From a bacterium (GTDB taxonomy: Bacteria; Electryoneota; Electryoneia; Electryoneales; Electryoneaceae), in contig CAXXKJ010000002.1 in assembly GCA_963675295.2 (NCBI GenBank), positions 32,001 through 96,000 on the forward strand: 64,000 bases of DNA. The letters are read 5' to 3'. Each line of letters begins with the position of its first letter. The stretch's first letter is position 1. A model generated the notes under the pieces. It saw nothing but the letters and a program-made list of their open reading frames with translations, did no database searches and had not been told where the DNA came from. Both the position numbers and the translations under genes were made by a program. Below, piece after piece: positions 49,314 to 60,050 of the stretch.

Positions 49314-51827
49314 ATGAGTACACGAGCATGGTTCACATTTGCACTGGCTCTGATTTTCGTTACGGGGACAGCGTTCGCCGTGACGCCGGTGGAAAATCAC
49401 CGAACCCAGCTGGCCAAGGAAGACGCGCCGGTTGTAAACAACGAACTCGACGAAGTCGTCTACATGGAAGACTTCGAAGGTGATGTCAGCGACTGGGTTC
49501 CGACCAGCCCGGACATTCAGGATGTGTACTGGCAGACGGACGATTGGACTCCGTACGCGGGGACCAATGCATGGCGCTGCTTCAGCCCGGACTATGGCAG
49601 CCCGGATTTTGGTGGGTACAGCGATGACTGGCTGCAGCTGATGCTGTCGCCGGCGATGGACCTGTCGTCCGCGTCCAGCGTAGACTTCAGCTTCCAGTTC
49701 CGCGTCAACGCCGAAGCGGGTGACTGGGACGGCGGCAACGTCTGGGTATTTTACGGCAACAGCCCGGACGACCTGACGAAGGAACTCGCGACTCCGGCCA
49801 GCCCGGCGTACAACGCGGCTGACCTGAATGCCTTCATCCTGTGGTTTGGTGAAGACCAGGACTGGCCCGGCTGGAATGGCCAGGGCGCAGAAACATTCAA
49901 CACCGACTACGTTGAAGCGACGTTCGACCTGTCGGACTACACCGGCTACAGCGTGGTTCACGTTGTGATCGCATTCTCGACGGACGGTGGCTACAACTCC
50001 GGTGACGATCCGAACATGTTTGGTTTCCAGGTTGATGACATTGTCCTCGACGTGGACGGCAGCACGGTGTGGGCGGATGACGCCGACGGCAACAACATCG
50101 GTGGTGCCCCGACCTTCATGACCGGCGCGGAAGCTGCCGGCCAGGATGTGCTCCCGTACCAGTGGGAAATCGCGGAAGCGACCGGCTCCTATGCCAATCC
50201 GCCGTCCCCGACGCACATCGCGGGCGTGTTGCAGGATGCGAACACCGCGTTCGACCAGTACCTCGAAGGTCCGGAATTCACGATGCCGGAGGTCGGCCCG
50301 GGCGAAACCCTGTGGCTTGACTGCTACTTCAACAGCGACATTGAATACACCGACAATTTCCCGGATGAATTGGCCTGGCGTCCCGAGGTCTGGGATCCGT
50401 CTACCAGCAGTTGGGTTCCGCCTGCAACCACCGGCAACTATGTTTACGTTGGCGGCAACGAATCCACGTGGGAAATGTTCTCCACGGCCGGGTATACCTA
50501 CGACTGGGACCTGACGTATCTCGCCGGTGAAGAAGGTGTCCGTTTGCGCCTCTACTTCACGTCTCCGGATGTGGATCGCACGATGACCCATCACGCGGTT
50601 GACGATCTGTTTATCGTGAAGAACTCGCTGCAGCATGACCTCGCAACGCAGCTGGTCATGCCGTACCCGACTACCGTTGGTGTTGCCAATTTTGGCAAGG
50701 TGTACCTGACCAACAACGGTCCGAACGAAGAAACCGGTTTCAACGCGGTTTGGAGCTACGGCGGTCTTGTTTATCCGCTCTTCCCGGCAGGTCTGTACAC
50801 ACTTGGCGCTGGTGACACGATGCAGCTGTCGATCAACGACCCGACCGACCCCGATCACGAAGGTTATCTCGTGCCGGAGACTGAAGGTGCGATCACCGTT
50901 GATGCGTACCACACGATGGCCAACGATGAAATCCCGGACAACGATAACTCCACCGCGCAGATCGACATTCTCGCGGAAGGCATGTACGAAGTCGGTATGG
51001 ACACGCGAGTGACCAACGGCCTCGTGTCGGTTGCCCAGGAGAACGACGGTCCCCTGGTTCACATTGATCCGGCGGAAGCAAACGGCAGCCTGTTCAGCAA
51101 CTACTTCGACAACTGGGATCTCCAGTACATTAATGCGTGGGTGACCTACCACGGCGCCGCGAACGGTGCGCCGGCGAACCCGCAGATGACCTTCAAGGTC
51201 TATGAAGGCGGTGCGACTCCGGGCGCGTTGATCTGGTCGGGCGATTACGTTTTTGACGGCGTCCAGCAGGGTGACACCGGCTCGTACCTCGTCAACTTTG
51301 ACGTCAGCGACGTCGCCCAGTTGCAGGACCTGACCGGCAGCTTCTACGTGCAGGCTGTGGTCACGCAGCTCGGTAACAACGGCGAGTATTACCAGCCGTT
51401 CATCGACCAGACCGCCGCCTACGATCCGTGGCAGCCGTACCAGTTCCAGAATATGGATAACGCGAGCGAAGGCACTTACGACATGGACAACGGTCATCAC
51501 ATCACCGTCACCATGTACCAGGATCCGGCGAGCGCGGAAGAGCTGACGGAAACCGGTATCCCGACCGAGTTCGCGCTGGGCCAGGCATACCCGAACCCGT
51601 TCAACCCGTCCACCACGATCAGCTTCAACGTGGCGGCGACGGGCAACGTCAGCCTCGTGGTCTACAACGTGATGGGCCAGGAAGTCGCACGCTTGGCGGA
51701 TCGTCAGTTCCAGCCGGGTACGTACAACGCGACCTTCAACGCTGCGGCGTTGTCCAGCGGCGTCTACTTTATCCGTATGGATGCTCCGGCCTTCAGCGCG
51801 GTGCAGAAGATCATGCTGATGAAGTAA
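49314..51827 (+). CDS. Secreted acidic protein with a T9SS type-A-like C-terminal sorting domain
   Basis: Signal peptide; EDFEG and WDGGNV adhesin/MAM-like motifs; C-terminal PTEFALGQAYPNPFNPSTTI...LSSGVYF...KIMLMK. Confidence 0.88.
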   Translation: MSTRAWFTFALALIFVTGTAFAVTPVENHRTQLAKEDAPVVNNELDEVVYMEDFEGDVSDWVPTSPDIQDVYWQTDDWTPYAGTNAWRCFSPDYGSPDFGGYSDDWLQLMLSPAMDLSSASSVDFSFQFRVNAEAGDWDGGNVWVFYGNSPDDLTKELATPASPAYNAADLNAFILWFGEDQDWPGWNGQGAETFNTDYVEATFDLSDYTGYSVVHVVIAFSTDGGYNSGDDPNMFGFQVDDIVLDVDGSTVWADDADGNNIGGAPTFMTGAEAAGQDVLPYQWEIAEATGSYANPPSPTHIAGVLQDANTAFDQYLEGPEFTMPEVGPGETLWLDCYFNSDIEYTDNFPDELAWRPEVWDPSTSSWVPPATTGNYVYVGGNESTWEMFSTAGYTYDWDLTYLAGEEGVRLRLYFTSPDVDRTMTHHAVDDLFIVKNSLQHDLATQLVMPYPTTVGVANFGKVYLTNNGPNEETGFNAVWSYGGLVYPLFPAGLYTLGAGDTMQLSINDPTDPDHEGYLVPETEGAITVDAYHTMANDEIPDNDNSTAQIDILAEGMYEVGMDTRVTNGLVSVAQENDGPLVHIDPAEANGSLFSNYFDNWDLQYINAWVTYHGAANGAPANPQMTFKVYEGGATPGALIWSGDYVFDGVQQGDTGSYLVNFDVSDVAQLQDLTGSFYVQAVVTQLGNNGEYYQPFIDQTAAYDPWQPYQFQNMDNASEGTYDMDNGHHITVTMYQDPASAEELTETGIPTEFALGQAYPNPFNPSTTISFNVAATGNVSLVVYNVMGQEVARLADRQFQPGTYNATFNAAALSSGVYFIRMDAPAFSAVQKIMLMK

Positions 51828-51881
51828 GTCAGTCGTGAGTCTTGAGACCTGAGTCTTGAGACAGGGACAGACAGAAACCTT

Positions 51882-51919
51882 AACGGGGACATGTTCCGAA
51901 CGAACGTGTCCCCGTTTTT
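51882..51919 (+). terminator. Rho-independent terminator
   Basis: AACGGGGACATGTTC-loop-GAACGTGTCCCCGTT followed by TTT, downstream of the T9SS-CTD gene. Confidence 0.7.
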
Positions 51920-52436
51920 GCGCTCTTTCCCGCATTGCAGAAATGCCAACTCGGCCGACCGCAGTCCGTAGCCAACAGCCCATAGCCAATAGCCCACTGC
52001 CTTTGACTCCTGAAACGAGTTCCTCATGGAGAGGAAACACACCGGCCTAGCTTTCCGCTTCGGTTCGGTGGAGGAGCCACACCACCTGAAGTTGAGGTGA
52101 TCCTGATCACGGAGCTGCTCATCGGCGGTGTACCTCGCGGCGTGTTTCAGAGAATGTTCAATCTCCAAATTCGTAATTCCACGCATCTTGTTTGAATCGC
52201 CGTTGGGACGCTGTGATCTCGCGTGAAAATCGTCCACAGGCCTCTCAAACTCGGATTCGCCGGGAAGCGAATCCACAGGCGGTTTTCAGCCACAGCTCAG
52301 GCTAAACCGCTGGAAAACCAGTGTGATGGGCGTCACTGGGTGATGCAAAACACAGCGATGGGGGTCGCGCAAAACGTATTGTATCCCGCGAGGGTTGAAA
52401 CAACGCAAACATGCCCCAGCGGGCGAGGAGGATGAG

Positions 52437-52562
52437 ATGGAAAACGTATTGTTGGTCTTGATCGGTTCGATGGGTATCGTCGGTGCGGTGCTGTTCATTG
52501 GCACGTTCTTTTACACGCACAAGGGCGGCATGAAGCGCGCCGATGTCCCGATTCCCGAATAG
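52437..52562 (+). CDS. Small single-pass membrane protein, 41 aa (below the ORF-track cutoff)
   Basis: MENVLLVLIGSMGIVGAVLFIGTFFYTHKGGMKRADVPIPE*; strong RBS GAGGAGG just upstream. Confidence 0.7.
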   Translation: MENVLLVLIGSMGIVGAVLFIGTFFYTHKGGMKRADVPIPE

Positions 52563-52689
52563 AGTGTGGTGAAGTCGCACGCATGACGACCTCCACCTTC
52601 CCTACAGAATTCCCTGCAGAACGAACGTCCGGATGAGCCACCGGGCGTTCTTCTTTTATCACGGATAAGACTAGCGGTAGCAAACAAAG

Positions 52690-52721
52690 CCGGGGACAGT
52701 TTGTCCCCAAACTGTCCCCGG
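52690..52721. repeat. Perfect 14-bp hairpin of the GGGGACA...TGTCCCC family between convergent genes
   Basis: CCGGGGACAGTTTG-tccc-CAAACTGTCCCCGG; related arms at 52757-52784 and 56090-56122. Confidence 0.65.
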
Positions 52722-52856
52722 TGTACTGACAAACCGATAGCATTCACAAACAGATCGGGGACACGTAACGGAGTAAGTGTCCCCGGCCTCGTTAGTCTCA
52801 ACAGTTTTGGAATCACATGCCGACCCCTGCTGGCGCAGCCTTCAGGGGCACGTTGA

Positions 52857-54797
52857 TCACACCCCGTACTCGATGCCGCTGACCCGTGCGACGGGGTTGA
52901 ACACGATCAGGAACGGTCCGTGTTCGGCCACCACACGCACGAATCCTTCCCCTTCCTTCGGTCCGAAGCTGACCTCGCTTTCACGGGTCAGGGTTTGTTT
53001 TTTCGTCCGGAACGGGCCGTAAATCTTGAGCGTGTCGACGCGCTTGTTGAACTTGATGTGCAGCTGTTCGCCGTCGAACCGGAATTCTTCCACTTTCGGC
53101 AGGTTCGGGTGCGGGATTTCGCGCGTGACATTGCGGCTCATGTGGCGCACCGCGACGAACCGTCCCGCCTTCAGCGCTTCCAGCACCAGTTGTCCGTCCG
53201 CCGGTTCGCCGGGGATCGGAGCTTGGTCGCCGAGATCGACCATCAGGAAGCGTTTGCCGGTCTGGTGCCGGCTGCGGATATCGTGGCAATCGTCGCCTGC
53301 GGTCGCCCACACCAGCAGCCCGGAGCTGAGCGCTTCGTCCCAGCGGCGGTAGCTGTCGATTGAGCGGTTGAACACTTCGATGGCGTCGTAATCGTGACGG
53401 GTGACATCGTCGGACGGCCACGCGCCCTTGTTCCGCGGGTGGGCGAGCACGGTAAACTCGCTGACGCCGCGGAGCCGGTCCAGCACCTTGCCACGGTCAC
53501 GGACGGTGCCGCCGAACATATTCGTTTCGACCAGCCGTTTGTGCGCGCCGAGCACGAGGATATGGTGGTTGTGTGGACCCCAGCCGTGTTCGTACGCGTC
53601 AATGCTCTGGAACGGGCTCTTCGCGCGCGTGATTCGATTGTGGTCGGTGAGGATCACCGATCCCGCGCCAAGACGCCGGAAGTGATCGACCACCACATCG
53701 GCCTTGAACTTGCCTTCCCAGCGGTTGCTGTGCATGTGCAGCACCACCGGCACCCAGCTCGGCTCGGCGTTGGTGTACGGGTTGTAGATGACGTCGCTCT
53801 TGGCGTCAATGAACCGGCTGCGGCGGTTTTCCGGCGTGCCGGTGCGTACCCGTCCACCGCCGGTGATCGTGCCGAGAATGGCCGACGTTCCGATCAACCC
53901 TTCCTCGACAAATCCCCGTACCGGTGTCAGCTGGCTCGGTGGGTGACGGGTAGGATCTTCCGAGATCAGGCGCTGCCGTGCGGCAATCGAGATGCCGAAA
54001 CTGAAGCTGAACAGGGCGATCGTGTCCACCGGCACCTGCTGCGGGAAGACCATGGCGCCGACCAGGGCGATGGTACCGAGGAACACGGTGGTGTACATCA
54101 GGAAGCGCATGAACCGTTGCTGCGCCCAGCGGGATCGTTCCACCCGGGCCTGCGAGAGCACGGCAATCAGACTTATCAGTACCAGCAGCAGCAGCAGCCG
54201 GTATTGCACGCCGCCGTGGTAGAGCAGCGACGCGATACCCTTATCGTGGGAAAACAGCGGAACAAATTTTGTTTCCATCTCGGGCAGGTGCACGGTGATG
54301 TAGTATTCGATCCCGAGCACCAGGATCAACGCGGCCACACCAATCGCCCACCGGGCACGGATAAACCACGCGAACATCCAGATCAGAATGATGCCGTACA
54401 CGAACGGTTCGGTAAACGCTTCCATGAACGGCTTGCCGCTCAGCATCCGCATTACCGGCATGCCAAGTACGATCAGCAGGGTTGGCAGAAACGCCGGGTG
54501 CGGCCGTGGTGCGGGCAAAGTGCGGGTGGCAAACCCGATCAGGGCCAGCAACGCCGCGATGCCGATCCCCATCCACGGATTCGCTTCCGATGGATGCTGG
54601 AGAATCGTCACGCCCTGCACCGTCAACAGGACCACACCGATCAACGACCAGATCTGCGGCGCATCTTTCTGCATGATGTCAACGATCAGCGACGGAACCT
54701 GCCGCTGCTGCGTTGAGCGGGACCGGTGCTTGCGCCGCCAGTGTTTACGATGCGAATCCGATTTTGACCGCTTCTTCAAGCGTGTCAACGACAGCAT
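52857..54797 (-). CDS. Polytopic membrane protein fused to a PHP-family metallohydrolase domain
   Basis: About 8 TM segments, then LHMHS, LTDHN, AHP, IEVFN and GDDCH motifs; TAATG overlap with the GT9 gene. Confidence 0.75.
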   Translation of the reverse strand: MLSLTRLKKRSKSDSHRKHWRRKHRSRSTQQRQVPSLIVDIMQKDAPQIWSLIGVVLLTVQGVTILQHPSEANPWMGIGIAALLALIGFATRTLPAPRPHPAFLPTLLIVLGMPVMRMLSGKPFMEAFTEPFVYGIILIWMFAWFIRARWAIGVAALILVLGIEYYITVHLPEMETKFVPLFSHDKGIASLLYHGGVQYRLLLLLVLISLIAVLSQARVERSRWAQQRFMRFLMYTTVFLGTIALVGAMVFPQQVPVDTIALFSFSFGISIAARQRLISEDPTRHPPSQLTPVRGFVEEGLIGTSAILGTITGGGRVRTGTPENRRSRFIDAKSDVIYNPYTNAEPSWVPVVLHMHSNRWEGKFKADVVVDHFRRLGAGSVILTDHNRITRAKSPFQSIDAYEHGWGPHNHHILVLGAHKRLVETNMFGGTVRDRGKVLDRLRGVSEFTVLAHPRNKGAWPSDDVTRHDYDAIEVFNRSIDSYRRWDEALSSGLLVWATAGDDCHDIRSRHQTGKRFLMVDLGDQAPIPGEPADGQLVLEALKAGRFVAVRHMSRNVTREIPHPNLPKVEEFRFDGEQLHIKFNKRVDTLKIYGPFRTKKQTLTRESEVSFGPKEGEGFVRVVAEHGPFLIVFNPVARVSGIEYGV

Positions 54798-55882
54798 TAT
54801 GACTTCTCCAGTTCAGCGAGAAGGTGGATGACTTCATGGGAAACTTCAGTCGAGGCGATGGTTGAAACCGGTTCGCCTCGTGGTGCCAGGATCGCTCGAT
54901 GTGGAACCGATTGCGGCGCGAAACGGAGATACACTTCGTGATCACCGTTGTACAGCACCACCATCGGCACCCCCCTGGCCGCGGCTGTCTGGACGATGCC
55001 CGTGTCTACCGTGATCAGCATGTCCGTGCGCGCGACAATCGCCACCGCTTCCAGCAGGCTTCGTGTCGGGACCGTGGTCACCGCCTCGAAATCACGTGCG
55101 AGTGATTCGCACTCGGCCCGTTGATCGGGGGCACTCAGTGCGATGAACCGTGCACCGGGCCGATATTCGAGCAATTCGCGCAGCAGTTCGCGCCACGCGT
55201 CCAGGGTCCATCGCCGGCTTTCGCGGCTGGCGGACAAGTTAAGCGAAAAAAGCGGATTTCCCTCATTAGCCGCATAGATTCGTTCAGCCCACCGCTCTGC
55301 TTCCGGGATCATCCCGATGTGCAGCCGGCGGCTGACCCGGGTCGGATCAACACCGAACGGTGCGAGCAGCCGAACATACGCCTCCGTGCGGTGCTCATAC
55401 TCCCAGTCATGGGCCACGGAATGGGTGAGGAGAGGATCGTGGTGCTCGTGCGACAGGCCAACGCGGTACCTCGCGCGGCTCACCACCATCAGCAGGCTTT
55501 CGGTGAACGCCGGATGGCCTTTGGGCAGCACGACAACATCCGGATGATACTGCCACACCTCGTTCATCGACGCGAACCACTTCGGCAGCGACTCATACAA
55601 CAGCACGCGATCAACGTTCGGGTCGCCTTCCGCCAGTTCACGGCCGGCCTCTTTCACCAGCACACCCAGCTGCGCACCGGAGCACGCTTTCTTCAGCCCG
55701 GCGATCAACGGTGTCGCCACCATGTAGTCCCCGCGTAACACCGGTGCCAGCACGAGGATGCGCTTGATATCCTTCGGGATTGGACCGGATTCAGGACGTG
55801 AGCGTCCGCTGTCCGCAAGGCGTGCGAACAGAGAGAATCCCTTGGCGCGAAACCAGGGGCGGCTGAATGGACGGTCGCTCAT
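54797..55882 (-). CDS. GT9 (heptosyltransferase-family) glycosyltransferase
   Basis: RGDYMVATPLI, SRRW and ITVDTGIVQTAAARGVP motifs. Confidence 0.85.
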   Translation of the reverse strand: MSDRPFSRPWFRAKGFSLFARLADSGRSRPESGPIPKDIKRILVLAPVLRGDYMVATPLIAGLKKACSGAQLGVLVKEAGRELAEGDPNVDRVLLYESLPKWFASMNEVWQYHPDVVVLPKGHPAFTESLLMVVSRARYRVGLSHEHHDPLLTHSVAHDWEYEHRTEAYVRLLAPFGVDPTRVSRRLHIGMIPEAERWAERIYAANEGNPLFSLNLSASRESRRWTLDAWRELLRELLEYRPGARFIALSAPDQRAECESLARDFEAVTTVPTRSLLEAVAIVARTDMLITVDTGIVQTAAARGVPMVVLYNGDHEVYLRFAPQSVPHRAILAPRGEPVSTIASTEVSHEVIHLLAELEKS

Positions 55883-56229
55883 CGAGACGGGGCAAAAGTG
55901 AGTGTGCGCGAAAAATCGGAAGCAGCAATGTATCCCGCTTCTCGCGCGAGTGTCAATGGAGACGTGTCGCGTTTTTGGGACTGGTGGATAAGCGGGGGAC
56001 ATCTGTGGCACAACTTGCCGCTGGATCGGAGTGAGCGGGATGGTCGATAGACTCACCGTGTTGGATACCAGGACCGGTATGTGCCACAGTTGTCCCCGCG
56101 CATGGCCGTCGAACCGGGGACAAGTGAACGGCTTAATCGTAGACACATTCGAGGCACTGTACCGGCTGATCAGGAACCACACACCGAATAACCACCGGCT
56201 ATCCGTTCACATGTCCCCTGAGTATCTCG

Positions 56230-58017
56230 CTACGGCCCAAAGGGCGGGTCGGGGTGCTCCGGTTCCGGTTCAATCCACGGAGAGTCGTAGAACTTCGGCA
56301 GGTCGTATTCGAAACCATCCCAGATCGGCCAGCAATTCCGGTTGCCTTCCGCGATGAACCAGTACTTTGGTACCTCCACGTTCAACACCTTGAACGTGCA
56401 CTCCTCGAACCTGGCGTGGTAGAAGTAGTAGCAGCGGCTCAAGCGTGGTGCCGCGCCAAACGTAAACCAAGTGGTGAGGGTTGTGTCCGGCTTGTTGAAC
56501 AGCACGTTCTTGTAGTGATGGCTGGTCATGTAATAGTACGTCATGTCGGCGTACGGTTCCATGACGCCGTCTTCCATGAAATAATCCAGCGTCAGGATCA
56601 ATACCGGGTAGTCGAGGATGCCAAACACGATCGAGTTTTCCATCACCAGCGAATCGACCGCGCTGAATGACAGTTCGGACGGGCGGAAGCGTGCGATCTG
56701 GGGGTCGTCAACGGGCAGGTTGTTGTGGCTCAGGAAGATGTGGTTCAGGTGTACCGGCCCGAAGCAGCGTTCCATGAACACGCCGCGGAAGTAGTTGAAC
56801 TGGCAACGAATATGTTCGAGTTCGATGTCGCGTCCGTCTTTGTCGAACCACAATCCATGACCATAATTCCACACGCCTTCGTAGTCGGCGACACGAATGT
56901 GGCGGCAGCGGAAGAATTTGAGGCCGCCGGCGTCATAGCCGACCGTGCCCGCCTCGAACCCGCGCCAGTTGTTGCTGTCGACGAAGGCGTCCCGCAGCTC
57001 TACCCCCAGTGCATGCGCGACCAGGATGCCGTAAATGCCGTTGTCGTGCGCGCGGACGTTTTCGATCAGGTTGTACGGTGGCCGTTTGCTGTAGTCGATG
57101 TACCACGAATCGGGATCGTCCGGATTTAATGGCCGGGCGGGGGTTTTGCGCACGGAAAGACCGTATGAATTCCCGTTGCGGAACATGCAATCGCTGATGT
57201 GCACCTTCTCCACCAGCGCGATATCCACCATGCCGTTCTTGATGAACGAGCTGCCGTACGCGAACTCGAGGTTGTGCAGCTCCACGCCACGGATGTGATG
57301 CGCGCGAAACAGGTACTGGCATTCGGAGTAGTAAATCGGGTACACGTTCGGGTTCAGCGTGGTGCGAACTCGGATGGTGCCGGAACCCTCCATCGGCACG
57401 GCGAAAGAGTTGAGTACATAGGGCACCAGCCCATGATCGCCCAGTTGCCGCAGCCGTTGCTCACCCTGAAACAGGTGCTCGCGGCGGATCAGGGTGTGCG
57501 CGTCACGATACTGCCCGCTATCGGGATTGGGCACCCACTTCTCCAGCAGGCAGCCCATCCAGCCCTCGAAGCCGTCATCGCCGCAGATGTACGAGTCCGG
57601 ATCCTGGTAATAGCCGAAATCATGGTCCCAAGGCGCTTCCCAGATGCTGCCGCCAATGTTGACCCAGCCTTCGATCGGGTCGGGACACAATCCGGTGATT
57701 AGCGGCTTTTCTGCTCCAATTCCCCGGAAAATGAGATACGGAATGTCCCAACCGTTCTATGACACCGTGGAATCGTCCCGCATCCGGTACGTGCCGGGCA
57801 GAATGTTGAGGGTGACGGTCTGATCGCCGGTAAATCCGCTCTGGGTTCGAATCCACTGAATCGTGGTCTGCAGACCGGCGCAAGCGTTGCTGCTGTCCGT
57901 CCCGCTGAAATCGCCGGACCCCTGGGGACTGACCCAGATGGTGTATTGTGCGTTCGCCAGGGGAACGCTGAGGAGAAGCAATGCGAGAAACAGGATGGTC
58001 TGATAGATTGATTTCAT
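56230..58017 (-). pseudogene. Secreted right-handed beta-helix-like protein, paralogue 3, interrupted by an in-frame TAG at 57757-57759
   Basis: ORFs 57757-58017 and 56230-57690 share a frame: ...DDSTVS*NGWDIPYLIFRGIGAEKPLITGLCPDP..., which aligns with both intact paralogues. Confidence 0.8.
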
Positions 58018-58247
58018 CGTGGCCGCCTGATTGATAACGGTCTACCAATGGCTAAATGTAGTGTGACAGACCGGAGTTTCAAGCGATTAGTTTGCAATTT
58101 CCACGAAAAAGGTTGGTTTTTTGGGGTTAGTCTCTTAGAGGCGAATGTTAATTTTTCTGGTCGTGCGCCGGTAGACAACAAAACAGCCGGTATTTCGGGA
58201 ATTCCCAAAACCGGCTGACGCAGATCATCTCGATATTGTTGTGTGAC

Positions 58248-60050
58248 TCAGGGGCCTCCACCCCCGTGCCGTCTCCCTTTATGCTGTTCCCCTTCCGGCG
58301 GGTCTTCATCCCACGGCGTGTCGTACCACTTCCGCAGATCGTACTCAAATCCATCGTAGATCGGTTGGCAGCGACGGTTGGATTCGGCAATCACGAAATA
58401 TTTCGGGATTTCCAGACCGTCCACGATCCACGTGTTGTGATCGAGCTCGGTGTGGTACATATAATAGCAGCGGCTCATCTGCGGTGCGACACCGAAGTAG
58501 AAGAAGTAGAAATCGTCCCCGTCCGGCCGGCTGAACGTGCAATCCTGGTAGCGATTGTTCCACGCCTGCGTGTACAACGTATCGCTGTACGGTTCCATGA
58601 TGCCATCTTCCATCACGTAGTCGATGGAATGGATCAGCACCGGATATCCGCGCTGGCTCAGCAGCTGCGTGTTGCGGACGAGCATCGTGTCGCAGGCACT
58701 CATGCCCAGCGCGCTCGACCGGAAGCGGTAGATCCGGTCATCGTCCATATCGCGCGTATTCTGCGTCATGATACAGTGTTCGATCAGCACCGGGCCGAAT
58801 GATCGTTCCACAAAGATGCCACGGTAGGAATTGAACTGCATCCGGCTGTTGCGGACAGTCAGGTCGCGTCCATCCTTGTCGAACCACATCCCGTGCCCGT
58901 AATTGAACTGGCTCAGGAGGTTATCGATCACCATGTGCCGGGTTCGGAAGAACTTTGCTGCGCCGGCATCATAGGCGACGGTCCCGGCTTCGTAGCCACG
59001 CCAGTTGTTTCGTTCCAACCGCAGGTTGGTCACCGAGAACGCCTGTGCGTGCGCGATGAACAAGCCGTATATCCCGCAATGGTGGGCGTATACGTTGTCA
59101 ATCGTATTCCACGGCGGCCGCTTCTCTTCCATCACCACCCAGGAATCGGGATCGTACGGATCAATCGGATAACACGGTGCGCGGCTGACATACAAGCCGA
59201 CGGCGTTGCTGTAGCTGAATTCGCAATCGCGGATGGTGACCTGCGGGGTGTTGGTGATTTCGACCATGCCGGTCTTGATGAATGGATTGCCCTGGGTGAA
59301 TACGAGGTTGTGCAGCTCGACCCCCCGGGAGTTGCGCACCGCTAGCAGCTGTTCGCAATCGGCCATGTAAACCGGGACGTCGTTCGGATTGTCCGGAGTC
59401 TTGATCCGTACCATGCCCGGACCGTACATCGGGACGGTAAATGAAGTCGGGCGCAGCCACAGCGCTTCCATGTTGCCGACTTGCTTGAGTCGTTCCCCGT
59501 TCTGGAACAGCATTTCCCGCCGCAGGATGGTTCGCCCGTCACGCCAACGCTGATTCTCGAGGCTGGGGTGGAAGTTTTCCAGCAGGCATCCGATCCAGCC
59601 CTCGAATCCATCTTCGCCGCAGAGCATGGAATCGGGATTGGCCATGAAGCCGAAGTTGTATGGCCACGGCGCTTCCCAGTAATCGAGCCCCATGTTCACC
59701 CAGCCCTGTATTGGTTCGGGCTGAAGTCCTGTTATAACAGGCTTTTCCGACCCGTGCCCACGGAGAACCAGATACGGCAGATCCCAGCCTGTGTAGGTAA
59801 GACTGGAGTCTTCCGACATGTGGTAGGTTCCGGGCAGGACCATGATTTCAACCGTGGCCTCGCCTGGAATCCCGCTGGTGTGTTTGATAATGGAAAACGC
59901 TCGTTGAAGACCGGGAATGGTATTTGTGCTGTCGGATCCCGAAAAGTTTCCGGACCCTTCAGGGCTGACCCAAAACGTGTATTGAGCAAATGCACCAGGA
60001 ACCAGGATCAGCAGACAAACCAATACCACCAGTCTGCTGGCTACCCGCAC
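58248..60050 (-). CDS. Secreted right-handed parallel beta-helix-like protein, paralogue 2
   Basis: Signal peptide; FWVSPEGSG...PGTY N-cap; NNWRG, NYGHGMWFD and NSYRGIFVE repeats; RBS GGAGG. Confidence 0.8.
   Translation of the reverse strand: MRVASRLVVLVCLLILVPGAFAQYTFWVSPEGSGNFSGSDSTNTIPGLQRAFSIIKHTSGIPGEATVEIMVLPGTYHMSEDSSLTYTGWDLPYLVLRGHGSEKPVITGLQPEPIQGWVNMGLDYWEAPWPYNFGFMANPDSMLCGEDGFEGWIGCLLENFHPSLENQRWRDGRTILRREMLFQNGERLKQVGNMEALWLRPTSFTVPMYGPGMVRIKTPDNPNDVPVYMADCEQLLAVRNSRGVELHNLVFTQGNPFIKTGMVEITNTPQVTIRDCEFSYSNAVGLYVSRAPCYPIDPYDPDSWVVMEEKRPPWNTIDNVYAHHCGIYGLFIAHAQAFSVTNLRLERNNWRGYEAGTVAYDAGAAKFFRTRHMVIDNLLSQFNYGHGMWFDKDGRDLTVRNSRMQFNSYRGIFVERSFGPVLIEHCIMTQNTRDMDDDRIYRFRSSALGMSACDTMLVRNTQLLSQRGYPVLIHSIDYVMEDGIMEPYSDTLYTQAWNNRYQDCTFSRPDGDDFYFFYFGVAPQMSRCYYMYHTELDHNTWIVDGLEIPKYFVIAESNRRCQPIYDGFEYDLRKWYDTPWDEDPPEGEQHKGRRHGGGGP

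Noticed and set aside
49299-52040. 913-aa minus-strand ORF and other long antisense ORFs (e.g. 37404-39089, 40549-42249, 61064-62386)
   Set aside because: Shadow ORFs opposite genes with clear motifs, as expected from high-GC codon bias.
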